A stretch of 32,595 nt of DNA from a virus (Duplodnaviria > Caudoviricetes): the IMG/VR virus record IMGVR_UViG_3300047561_000635, positions 1 through 32,595 of that record; one strand, written 5' to 3'. This document shows, piece by piece, positions 24,583-32,595 of the stretch (position 1 is the stretch's first letter; each line of letters starts with the position of its first letter). A model generated the notes under the pieces. That model was not told the origin of the DNA. It worked only from the letters and a program-made list of their open reading frames with translations, and did not search any database. Both the position numbers and the translations under genes were made by a program.

Positions 24583-25814
24583 CTCGATGGCCTTTCCCTG
24601 ACTGCGCCCGTGGGAGGCTGATTGCTTGATTCAGCAGGCATCCCAAGCGGGAACACAGCGTTTTCAACGCGCATTTTTATGTTTGCCATGATGTCTTTGT
24701 TTGTCTTGGCATCATAGTCTCTGCTTGGAAGTTGAATACTAAGAGCTTTTTGATCCGCGTCGGTTAATGTGCCTTCTCCTGCAATTCTGAAAACTTTTCT
24801 TAATTCTCCAGAAAGCTGTTCTTTTAAACTGTCAAATTTTTTCGCTTCTTGACTTCCGCCAGAAAGAATGCCTTTGTATCCAAAATAACCACCGGAAGGC
24901 GTAGTGTCAATCAACCCTGTAGTTTTTACCGCTTGACCATTTTGGTCAATACCATCTTCACCAACAAATTGCTTGCTTATTGAATCAATGCTTTTATAAG
25001 CACCCAATTTGCCAAATGATGGCGTAACAGTTCCATAAGGATTTTCAGGCGTTGGTGCAGTTACAAATGAATCTGAAGCTGCATGATAAACAGGTTTGAT
25101 TTCTTGTTTTACTGCCGCAGGGCCACCCGCAATAGGTTCCATACTTCCGTCTGGTTTCCAACGATATCCTTGCGGAGGTTTGTTTTCGCCTTGCTTTCGA
25201 ACATTAGCATCTATTTCACGTAGGCGCAGTTCAAATGCCATGCGTTCTTTTGCCGACATCCTTTCATTTTTGAGCCTGTATTCCAGATTTTCTCTTTCAG
25301 CCGTAATTTGACGCTCAGTTTGACCCTGACGGAACGCCCTATCCTCAAGCCTTGCCGCCTTAGCTTCAGCCATTTGAGGCAACTGCGCCATGCCGCTAAA
25401 TCCAAACTGTTGCAGCATCGGATCACGCGCACCCATAGCCGCAGCGTATGCAGCCGTAGGATCAGCCGCCTGCTCAGGCGCGACCGGCCCTTGCTGGTCT
25501 GCTGGCAAAGTGATGGCAGGCGTTGGACGTAGCAGCTCGGCAACCTTCTGACGGTCTGCCTGCGTCTGAGCCTGACGCCCTTCATACAGCGCCTTGGCCT
25601 CCTCGTCGGCCTGTTGCACTCCCCGAGCGCCCATGTACTGCTGCAAGCCTTTGGCAAGGTACTGCGTGATGGATGGCTTGACGTAAATGCGCCCTGCCAT
25701 TGAGCCTTGCTCCATCGGCTGTTGGGCTTGCTGCATGAGCTGCTGCGCCATTTGCTGGCGGCGCAGGATGGCAAGTTCTTCGGGGTCTTGCTGTTGAATG
25801 TAGGGGTTGGCCAT
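24579..25814 (-). CDS. Probable internal virion/DNA ejection protein
   Basis: 411 aa with a Q/A-rich N-terminus and PPQGYRW..MEPIAGGPA motif; position in the ejection cluster. Confidence 0.6.
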   Translation of the reverse strand: MANPYIQQQDPEELAILRRQQMAQQLMQQAQQPMEQGSMAGRIYVKPSITQYLAKGLQQYMGARGVQQADEEAKALYEGRQAQTQADRQKVAELLRPTPAITLPADQQGPVAPEQAADPTAAYAAAMGARDPMLQQFGFSGMAQLPQMAEAKAARLEDRAFRQGQTERQITAERENLEYRLKNERMSAKERMAFELRLREIDANVRKQGENKPPQGYRWKPDGSMEPIAGGPAAVKQEIKPVYHAASDSFVTAPTPENPYGTVTPSFGKLGAYKSIDSISKQFVGEDGIDQNGQAVKTTGLIDTTPSGGYFGYKGILSGGSQEAKKFDSLKEQLSGELRKVFRIAGEGTLTDADQKALSIQLPSRDYDAKTNKDIMANIKMRVENAVFPLGMPAESSNQPPTGAVRERPSR

Positions 25815-26812
25815 TACAAAGCTCCGTAATCAACAGCCATGAACCCGTCAGGCATAAAGTGAACTGCGCTTGGCTTGATTTCGATAACTTCCTGGGCCAT
25901 CACGCCAATGTGCATTGGGCCACCAGACTTGTAGCGGTACGAATAGACGTTCAAACCGTTATCAAGCTGGCCAACCTTGCTGATGTTTTCCTTGAGGCGA
26001 CGGTCGGAATACTTCATGATGCCTGCACCGCCCAAAGTTCCGCCCAACCCCATCAAGCCACCCATGAAGTTACCTGACGCTTGTTGCTTGGCGTTGTAAG
26101 CGTCAAGTTGGCCTTGATACTGTTGCTGACCCGCCTGCGAGTAATTGGCCCCGCCAGGCGTGGCCCCAAATTGCGGCGTGGTAACTTGCGAGCCGCTACG
26201 CAGCGCATTCAAGTTGTTGATGTCGCGGGTGTTCATGTAGTTCTGCTCTTGCAAGCCTTGCTGACGTTGGCGCATGCCAAGGTCAATGCCGGTCATGGCA
26301 GCTTGCTGATACAGATCGTTTTCGCGTTGGTTCTGGTCGCGTAGGGCGTTGTTGTAGGCTTCCGTGCCTCTGGCCAGACCTTGGTTACTTAGTTGCGTCT
26401 CAAGCCCGCTGCGCTGCTGTTGCAGCGTTGGCTGCAAGCGATTCAAAATGGCTTGCGTGGCCGTGTTGGTATCGGCAAGCGAACTGTCATCCCATTGGCG
26501 AGCTTGTTGCGCTGCAACCTTGGCAGCGGCTTGATCTTGCAGATTGCCAAGAGCCAAACTGGTCTTGTTCTGCTGATCCAGCAATGCCTGCTGCTCAGGC
26601 GAGAGCGTTAGTGTCTGGCCGTACTGAGGCTGGCCCGTGCCAGGTATTGGTTTTCCGGTCTTGGGGTTGATCTTGCCGCCGGTTTCGCCCATCTGACTGT
26701 ACGTCAGCGAACCATAGGGCGAGTATTGATTGACCCGCTGGCCTGCGGCAGTCTGTTCTGCCAGGGCCGTGTAGTCAGGCGCCTTGGGCGCTTTTCCACC
26801 TTTTTTGCTCAT
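25814..26812 (-). CDS. DNA pilot/ejection protein with C-terminal peptidase S74 (intramolecular chaperone) domain
   Basis: APKAPDY N-terminus, Q/N-rich helical body, G-rich hydrophobic patch, then YSDRRLKENI..VYSYRY..IGVMAQEV..GFMAVDY. Confidence 0.7.
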   Translation of the reverse strand: MSKKGGKAPKAPDYTALAEQTAAGQRVNQYSPYGSLTYSQMGETGGKINPKTGKPIPGTGQPQYGQTLTLSPEQQALLDQQNKTSLALGNLQDQAAAKVAAQQARQWDDSSLADTNTATQAILNRLQPTLQQQRSGLETQLSNQGLARGTEAYNNALRDQNQRENDLYQQAAMTGIDLGMRQRQQGLQEQNYMNTRDINNLNALRSGSQVTTPQFGATPGGANYSQAGQQQYQGQLDAYNAKQQASGNFMGGLMGLGGTLGGAGIMKYSDRRLKENISKVGQLDNGLNVYSYRYKSGGPMHIGVMAQEVIEIKPSAVHFMPDGFMAVDYGAL

Positions 26813-27212
26813 ATTTCTCTCCTAAGAATCGGCAATCGTCTTTGAACATCACATAGACAATCGCGTCAGCCGTTGGAAAGTAGTTTCGCAAGGTTGCTTC
26901 GCGCTGAAAGCCTAGATGCTCGTTGAGCTTTTGGGCTTTCAAGTTGGTAGAGTAAACTATACCACTCAGTCTCTTGACGCCCAACTGTTTGAACGGGTAG
27001 TCGAAAATTGTCCAGTACCATTGCATGGGTACATAGCCATCAACACGGCTGTGAATCTGAATGTTGGCTTCGTTGTACTCGTTGTACAAAACGCCCGCGA
27101 TCAGCTCGCCGTTGCGTTCCCAACCGATAGTGGCATCGCCTGGCTTGTAGTCGCAGCCAGACTTCTCGGCCACCCACGGGCCGACAATGTCAGCGTCAAG
27201 CACAAGACTCAC
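26775..27212 (-). CDS. GNAT-fold acetyltransferase-like protein
   Basis: FDYPFKQLGVKRL..NLKAQKLNEHLGFQREATLR; located between nozzle and ejection genes. Confidence 0.7.
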   Translation of the reverse strand: MSLVLDADIVGPWVAEKSGCDYKPGDATIGWERNGELIAGVLYNEYNEANIQIHSRVDGYVPMQWYWTIFDYPFKQLGVKRLSGIVYSTNLKAQKLNEHLGFQREATLRNYFPTADAIVYVMFKDDCRFLGEKYEQKRWKSAQGA

Positions 27213-28747
27213 AGAATGGCACCTACCTCAAAGACCACATCGGTCGACACCCAGCGAATGTCAATGCCATTAGCGGCACATTGGATTTGAGGTGCGCCGT
27301 AATAGCCGACGCCCGTTGCTCCCTGCCAAGGCTGCAAAACGGTCAAATCGCCAGCCCAAATGCCTGTATCCCACAAGGCCGAATCCCACACGCCATAGGC
27401 CGTTGGCGAGAATGACAACGACGCCGCAGACAGATCAAGGTTGAAATCCAGATTGATCGAACCCAATACGGCAGGCGTTCCGTTGGTGCGGAAGATTGGG
27501 CGCATCATGGTAAAACGCTTCAACAGGCCGTTTGAGCTATAACCAGAAAACGCTTGCAGCGCCTTGCCGTTGATGTTTGCGCCGTTGTCGGTTAAGCCTT
27601 CCCACGCCAACCCAACAAAACCGTTGCCTCCGTAATACGGATGATCCAAAAACAGTTCCCAGCAGTTGGCCTGCCAGCCTGTGAACTGCGCCCAGTTCTT
27701 TGTGATGGTGTTCATCACATACTGCTGCTGGTCTTGCCCTTCGGACACGGGCACGTTGAGGTACAACTGGTTCTCTCTGGCAAGATACATCAATTGCCAG
27801 CCGTAGTTGTCTCCATAGGTGCTGATGGCGGCACTAACGGCATATTGAATCTTCTCGGTCAGCGCCACGCGGGGATTGACTCGGCTTGACTGCAACGCAC
27901 CCGCAAGCGGAATCAAACCATCTTGCGAGATGTACAACAGATCGCCCGCCAGTTTGTACAGGCAACGCTCGCCAACAGGGTGGCCAAGTTGCCACACGCC
28001 TTTAAGTGCAAACGTGCTTGCGCTGCTGGGGTCTGTGCCTTGATAGATGATGACTTCACCCATTGAGGTGACAGCCACATAGTAATCGTCCACGCCTTGA
28101 CCAGCGTCCAGCGACCAAGTGTAGTGACACACAATGTAGCCGCCCAACTGGGCAACGGACGACATATCAATCTTGTTTGCCGCCCCGCCAATGCTGTCGG
28201 TTGGCAAGTACCAAACGACAAGCGTTGAGTCTTGGATAAACCACAGACGGTTTTTAAAGGTGATCGGATTGTTGAGCGTGGTCGTGGTCACGCCCGTGAT
28301 TGCGGGCGTGGATGCTCCGTCAATGGGCGTCCATGTTGCGCCGTTATACAACAGGGGTTTGTCAACGCCGTTGGCAACATACATGAAGTTGCCGCCTGCG
28401 GTTGTGATGTTGACGTACTGCCAGCGGCTGTTAGATTTGCCCGTGACTACCGCTGCGCCAACCGCTGCGTTGGCGGTCGTATCGTAAAACGCCCCGCCTG
28501 CGGCTGCAAACAACTTGTTTGTCGTTGCGCCTGCGTAGACGAACAGGCTTTCAACTTGGCCCGAAATGCCCGTCGCCCATTGCGTGTAGCCCTTGCGTAA
28601 CGTCACCTCGGTCGTCAACGGAAACCAGTTGGTCATGATGACCGCATCGGCAGGCGGCATATCAGCCAACGAGTCGCGGGCGTTCCAACCGCCAACGGGG
28701 GCCGTAACCGAGACGGAACGGGATTTGGCGCGGGAGATGAGTGCCAT
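27209..28747 (-). CDS. Tail nozzle / packaged-DNA stabilisation protein (P22 gp10-like role)
   Basis: 512 aa, beta-rich; APVGGWNARD, NGVDKPLLYNG and FKNRLWF; follows the adaptor gene. Confidence 0.65.
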   Translation of the reverse strand: MALISRAKSRSVSVTAPVGGWNARDSLADMPPADAVIMTNWFPLTTEVTLRKGYTQWATGISGQVESLFVYAGATTNKLFAAAGGAFYDTTANAAVGAAVVTGKSNSRWQYVNITTAGGNFMYVANGVDKPLLYNGATWTPIDGASTPAITGVTTTTLNNPITFKNRLWFIQDSTLVVWYLPTDSIGGAANKIDMSSVAQLGGYIVCHYTWSLDAGQGVDDYYVAVTSMGEVIIYQGTDPSSASTFALKGVWQLGHPVGERCLYKLAGDLLYISQDGLIPLAGALQSSRVNPRVALTEKIQYAVSAAISTYGDNYGWQLMYLARENQLYLNVPVSEGQDQQQYVMNTITKNWAQFTGWQANCWELFLDHPYYGGNGFVGLAWEGLTDNGANINGKALQAFSGYSSNGLLKRFTMMRPIFRTNGTPAVLGSINLDFNLDLSAASLSFSPTAYGVWDSALWDTGIWAGDLTVLQPWQGATGVGYYGAPQIQCAANGIDIRWVSTDVVFEVGAIL

Positions 28748-28750
28748 GTT

Positions 28751-29659
28751 TTAGCCCTGCCCGTAGATGCTGCCATCTGGGATGTTCTCAAACCCAATCA
28801 GCACCGACGACATCTTCGGAGCCATGCTCAAGGTCATTGAGCCGCCGTCGTTGGCCTTGGCCACGTTGAGCTGCTGGTAGAAGTCGCGGTAGTAGGCCGT
28901 GCTGTCAAAGCCCTTGACCTCAAAGAATCTGAGCTTGAGGCCCAAGACCATCAGACGGTCAGGAAAGATGCAAGTGTCTGCGTCGGCTGTAAACGATGAC
29001 TGCGGTGTGGTCGTTTGATTGACCCAGCCGTTTGAGACGTACTCATAGCCCAAATACTCGTTGGTCGTGACGTTTGGCCAGATTTGGAAGTTGCCGCCAA
29101 TGAAGCGGTAGCGCATCCGTGGGCCGGTGCTGATGTAACTGGACTTCAGAAACTCCCATTGCTGGGCAGTCTCTGGGCCGAGCATCTCCCACCGCTTTGA
29201 CTTGTCGTAATGCGTGCGGTCAATCTGCCGGTCAAAGTCAGACGGCAGCGGGTAGATGGTCTGGCCAAAGTTGAGCGTGGCACCGATGCTGGTTGCCGAC
29301 GCTGCTTGAGTCAGCGTTACCTGAGTGCTGCTGTCAACAGACAGGATGTAGGTATCCTGATTGATGCCCGTGCCAGCCAACATATAGTAGGCCGACAGCC
29401 CCGTTGTGCTGGGGATGTTGGTGACTACTGCGCTGTTTTGGGTAACGTCGCCAGTTGTGATTAGAAACTGAGTGGTGAACCGATACGGGATGTTCAACGC
29501 TTCCCACGGGTACTCTCTTCGCAACTCATTGCCCACCGAGTTGATCAAGTAAAGCATCTGCGTCACTTGAGTGTCGGTGTTCCCAACGACTTGCGTCGGG
29601 ATGGTCAGCCCCATTTCGGCGCTGGCCTGCTGGATGAGTTGCAAGAGAGTAGATGACAT
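28751..29659 (-). CDS. Head-tail adaptor (tail tubular protein A-like role)
   Basis: TLLQLIQQASAEMGL N-terminus, W.AL, YPLPSDFDR and LMVLGLKLRF..KG. Confidence 0.65.
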   Translation of the reverse strand: MSSTLLQLIQQASAEMGLTIPTQVVGNTDTQVTQMLYLINSVGNELRREYPWEALNIPYRFTTQFLITTGDVTQNSAVVTNIPSTTGLSAYYMLAGTGINQDTYILSVDSSTQVTLTQAASATSIGATLNFGQTIYPLPSDFDRQIDRTHYDKSKRWEMLGPETAQQWEFLKSSYISTGPRMRYRFIGGNFQIWPNVTTNEYLGYEYVSNGWVNQTTTPQSSFTADADTCIFPDRLMVLGLKLRFFEVKGFDSTAYYRDFYQQLNVAKANDGGSMTLSMAPKMSSVLIGFENIPDGSIYGQG

Positions 29660-29660
29660 A

Positions 29661-30263
29661 TCAGCTTTCTGTTACGGCCTCATCGGCCATTTTGGGCGGT
29701 CTGCCCCGCCTTGGCGTATCGACCTTGTTCATCAGTTCCGACATCTGCTGCTTGAGCGCCTCAATCTCGGTGTCGCGCTTGCGCAGCTCGTCAGACTGAG
29801 CATCCACAATGGCCGAATCCTTGGCTCGGGCCAAGTAGTTACGGGCACGGTCGCGGAAGGCGTGATTGCCCATGCCGACAATCATGCCGATCTTGGACAG
29901 TTGCTCGTCGCTGGCGTTAGCGCATTGCTCAACGGTGTAGAAGTGATAGTGCTTGAGTTCACGCGCCTGAGCTGCGGTGAGCAGCGGCCAATCGCGCAGC
30001 AGGGTTCCAGAGATGTCATCCTCGCCCATGTCGCGCTTCTCGTTTTGATAGTGCGCCCATTGCGTTGGATACTGTTTCTTGTGCGTATCGTTGGCAAAGG
30101 TGTCGATAATGGTATATTGATTCCCAGGAATCTCAATACGAACAAAGTCGGTCATGTAGTAAATGGGGCGACCTTCTTGCTGCGTTTTGAATTCGTGCAG
30201 CATCTCTTTGGAGTAGAACCGAACTGCTGGCAGGATTGACCCGCCGAAATCTGAATCAAGCAT
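29661..30263 (-). CDS. Conserved hypothetical protein with HhH-like segment and AT-hook-like tail
   Basis: Start MLDSDF (ATG 30263) after GAGG; ELKHYHFYTVEQCANASD, coiled coil and PRRGRPPK. Confidence 0.7.
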   Translation of the reverse strand: MLDSDFGGSILPAVRFYSKEMLHEFKTQQEGRPIYYMTDFVRIEIPGNQYTIIDTFANDTHKKQYPTQWAHYQNEKRDMGEDDISGTLLRDWPLLTAAQARELKHYHFYTVEQCANASDEQLSKIGMIVGMGNHAFRDRARNYLARAKDSAIVDAQSDELRKRDTEIEALKQQMSELMNKVDTPRRGRPPKMADEAVTES

Positions 30264-31605
30264 TTTCTTCCTCAAGTGGTTGAGTTACGAAAAACATCAC
30301 CGCTGTGTCTTGTGTACTTTCCCAGCGGGCGGTGTAGCCGAGGGACAAGAAAAGTTTGCGCCACCACTTTGTGTCCTGCACCGTAAGGTGCAACGGATGG
30401 CCAATCAATGCGCCCATTGTATCGGTGACGGTCGAAATCTGAAAGAACACTTGCGGCGTTGCAGCCATGATGTTATGGATCACGGTAGTGACTTGCTCAG
30501 ACGGGATGTGTTCCATCACATCGGTGCAAAAGCCGTAGTCGGCACGATGCGGGATGGGCTGAGTCAAGTCGGCCACAGCAAAGCGCAGTTTGTCGCCCAG
30601 CTTGGCCCTGACGCGCTCATCAAGGCAGTTGTCTGCAAAGTCCAGCATCAGCACATGGCAATCATGCGCATCATGTATGCGCAACGCACCTCGACCCGTG
30701 CCTGCGCCAAAGTCAATGACGGTGCTGGATGCGGTAGGCAGCGTAGCAAGGCAGAACAAGTCGGCCACGCCTTCGCCAGGCGCTGCGTTGCGGTAGGCGT
30801 CAATCGCCCACATGGCTTTGTACTTGTCTTGTTCGTCTATTGGCTCGGGCGCAATGGCCGCAGCCTTGCTTGTCCACGGCAGCAGGCCGTCGCCACGGAT
30901 GGTAATCGTGCAGCCAAGGTCAATGAGGCTGTCTGAGAGCTGCGGGAACAACTCGGCTTGCTTGGCCATAGCCAAGGTAGTCTGAAACTCTTTGCCAGCG
31001 ACTGTGGCCACGCAATCAACGCGTTGCGGGTCGTTTTGGCTGTAGGCGTGGCAATGGCCGTCGCGGTAGCTTGAATCGTAGCCATATAGGTGCAGCGAGC
31101 GATAGCCCATCGCATAGGCCACGACCATTCCGCTAAGACCCACAGTCGTGCCACCGCCGATCAGCGTGTGCGCGGGTGGATTGGCAGGCAAGCAGGCGTC
31201 AAAGCGTGCCATGTCCTGCGGGTACTCTTGATGCCACAGCATGGCATCGGGGCACAAATCAAACAAGCTCGGGTGGCATTGGCTGGCCAGCAAGTATTGC
31301 TTGGCATAGCCCAGCATGGACAGGTTGATCTCGCGGGCGTCTACGATGATGCAGTAGTCAGCTTCAATGTCGTGTTGAGCGAGCCAGCGGGCTGCGCCAT
31401 TGAGCGCAAAGATGGTCTGGCCGTGCTGCTTGCGGGCGCGGATTTCGTCAACCCAATCGGCCACGCTCGGGCCACCGCCGACGATGACAGCAAAGCCGTC
31501 GTGAGCATCAGCAGAGAAAAGCCAATCATTGGCTCGGTGGCTGTTGAACTTGATCTGTTCAAACAGTATGTCGTCGGATGTGTTGCAAGTGGTTTCGATG
31601 TTCAT
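30256..31605 (-). CDS. DUF115/MptE-like (Maf-type) domain fused to a class I SAM-dependent methyltransferase
   Basis: AVIVGGGPSV..IFALNGA..VDAR..LASQCHP..GGGTTVG..LYGYDSSY in the N-half; VIDFGAGTGRG..LDFA..DL..FCTDVMEHIP in the C-half. Confidence 0.75.
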   Translation of the reverse strand: MNIETTCNTSDDILFEQIKFNSHRANDWLFSADAHDGFAVIVGGGPSVADWVDEIRARKQHGQTIFALNGAARWLAQHDIEADYCIIVDAREINLSMLGYAKQYLLASQCHPSLFDLCPDAMLWHQEYPQDMARFDACLPANPPAHTLIGGGTTVGLSGMVVAYAMGYRSLHLYGYDSSYRDGHCHAYSQNDPQRVDCVATVAGKEFQTTLAMAKQAELFPQLSDSLIDLGCTITIRGDGLLPWTSKAAAIAPEPIDEQDKYKAMWAIDAYRNAAPGEGVADLFCLATLPTASSTVIDFGAGTGRGALRIHDAHDCHVLMLDFADNCLDERVRAKLGDKLRFAVADLTQPIPHRADYGFCTDVMEHIPSEQVTTVIHNIMAATPQVFFQISTVTDTMGALIGHPLHLTVQDTKWWRKLFLSLGYTARWESTQDTAVMFFVTQPLEEENA

Positions 31606-31621
31606 GCTGTAGGCATTTAGA

Positions 31622-31660
31622 TTGAAAAATGCCCCCAAAGCTGTGAGCCTGGGGGCATTT
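31622..31660 (-). terminator. Rho-independent terminator after the capsid/decoration genes
   Basis: Minus strand AAATGCCCCCA-GGCTCACAGCTT-TGGGGGCATTT followed by TTCAA (T run). Confidence 0.75.
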
Positions 31661-31680
31661 AGTGCAAGCGCAAAAACAGG

Positions 31681-32223
31681 TCAGGTAATTCTGCCCTGGA
31701 GATGCGGACGGTTCAAAATGAGCTGTACCGTGGTCGTTGCCGACACAGTCGAGTTGGCCGTGCGAGCGCCCAGAATCTGTTTGCCAGATGCCGAGGTGCC
31801 CACCTTGCCAGTAGAACTGACGCCAATGGCCACGTTAGTGGCCAAGCCAACAGCAGATTTGGCAACCACAGCCACGCCTTCAATCTGGTAGTAAGACCAG
31901 TTTGAAGACGAGGTGTTTGCGGTCATTGAGATGGCCACAGGCGAGCCAAGGTTGGCCGTGACAGGGCAAAGCGTCGTGGTGTAGCTTGTGGTGTTGTAGA
32001 TCACCAGCGAGCCAACAGCCGTTGAAGCCACGCCCTTGAGCAAGATGAACTCGCCCATGCCGTAGGTCGGATCAAAACCCTTCACGATCTGGCCGGGAAC
32101 GGCTGGAGGGCTTGGGATAGTGGTCGTTGTACCAGCCGAGACTGCGGTAGCAGTCAGGGTGCCGGTATCAATGACGCCAATAGGCGTAAAGCCTGCTTCG
32201 TGGTCGGTAATGGTATATGCCAT
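31681..32223 (-). CDS. Capsid decoration/cement-like protein
   Basis: Directly after the MCP with a strong AAGGAG RBS and before a terminator; DPTYGMGEFILLKGVAST and RPHLQG motifs; T/S/A/V-rich. Confidence 0.65.
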   Translation of the reverse strand: MAYTITDHEAGFTPIGVIDTGTLTATAVSAGTTTTIPSPPAVPGQIVKGFDPTYGMGEFILLKGVASTAVGSLVIYNTTSYTTTLCPVTANLGSPVAISMTANTSSSNWSYYQIEGVAVVAKSAVGLATNVAIGVSSTGKVGTSASGKQILGARTANSTVSATTTVQLILNRPHLQGRIT

Positions 32224-32243
32224 GATTTTTGCTCCTTAAGCGA

Positions 32244-32595
32244 TCACGCAATTAAAACGCCCTGGAACTGAGCGCCCGAGGTGGTCAGATTACCAGCCCA
32301 GCCGATCAGTTTCACGATTGCGTCTTGGTTGACAGCTTGGCGCTCACCTCCTATTGGGACAAAGTTCCGATCCTTGTGAGGACGGAAGCTGATGTACTTG
32401 GTGTTCAAGAACCACATATGGTTGGCCGTTGCGTGTGAACCAATACCGCCGCCAAGCACAACGTCAGCAGAAGTACCGCCGCCGTAGAACTTGAGCGAAG
32501 CAAAACCAGCGCCTGCCTCGTTTTCAGAGGTAACACGCTGAATGGCTTGCAGCGAATTGACGTACAGGCTGTAATAGGTGTTGTCAGCCACCAGC
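32244..32595 (-). CDS. Major capsid protein, C-terminal part
   Basis: Open to the window end; LQAIQR..AGAGFASLKF..WFLNTKY..RQAVNQDA..WAGNLT..QGVL fits a podophage HK97-fold MCP C-terminus. Confidence 0.8.
   Translation of the reverse strand, partial: LVADNTYYSLYVNSLQAIQRVTSENEAGAGFASLKFYGGGTSADVVLGGGIGSHATANHMWFLNTKYISFRPHKDRNFVPIGGERQAVNQDAIVKLIGWAGNLTTSGAQFQGVLIA

Noticed and set aside
1-32595. Alternative genetic code or stop-codon reassignment
   Set aside because: Genes tile densely under code 11; the only break found is the TerL frame change, not an in-frame stop.

Overview
This window looks like most of a circularly permuted tailed-phage genome with a podovirus-like gene set. It starts inside a probable scaffolding gene and ends inside the major capsid gene, so the two ends are probably joined by a short missing piece. 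A divergent control region (~11.9-12.2 kb) separates two arms. The minus arm runs: Cro-like HTH, PAPS-reductase-family protein, primase-helicase, iteron-like repeat cluster, ParB-MTase, TerS, TerL, portal, fibre/chaperone, scaffold; then, through the ends: capsid, decoration protein, DUF115/MptE-like-methyltransferase fusion, adaptor, nozzle, GNAT, three ejection-type proteins, ferritin-like protein, tail fibre, holins and GH108 endolysin. The plus arm carries small early genes, a Sak4-like ATPase, DUF669 SSB, Cas4-like nuclease, a second DNA MTase, SF2 helicase, VRR-NUC and small accessory genes. I saw no integrase, CI-like repressor, DNA/RNA polymerase, tRNA, CRISPR array or reverse transcriptase. 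Main observations: (1) TerL is broken inside its Walker A motif by 5 extra nt directly after a perfect 10-bp GC-rich hairpin (recoding candidate or assembly error); (2) a pseudoknotted intergenic RNA upstream of the Cas4-like gene; (3) two promoter-proximal leader hairpins with compensatory base changes; (4) a Maf/DUF115-methyltransferase fusion inside the head module. All family assignments come from recognising motifs by eye, not from database searches.
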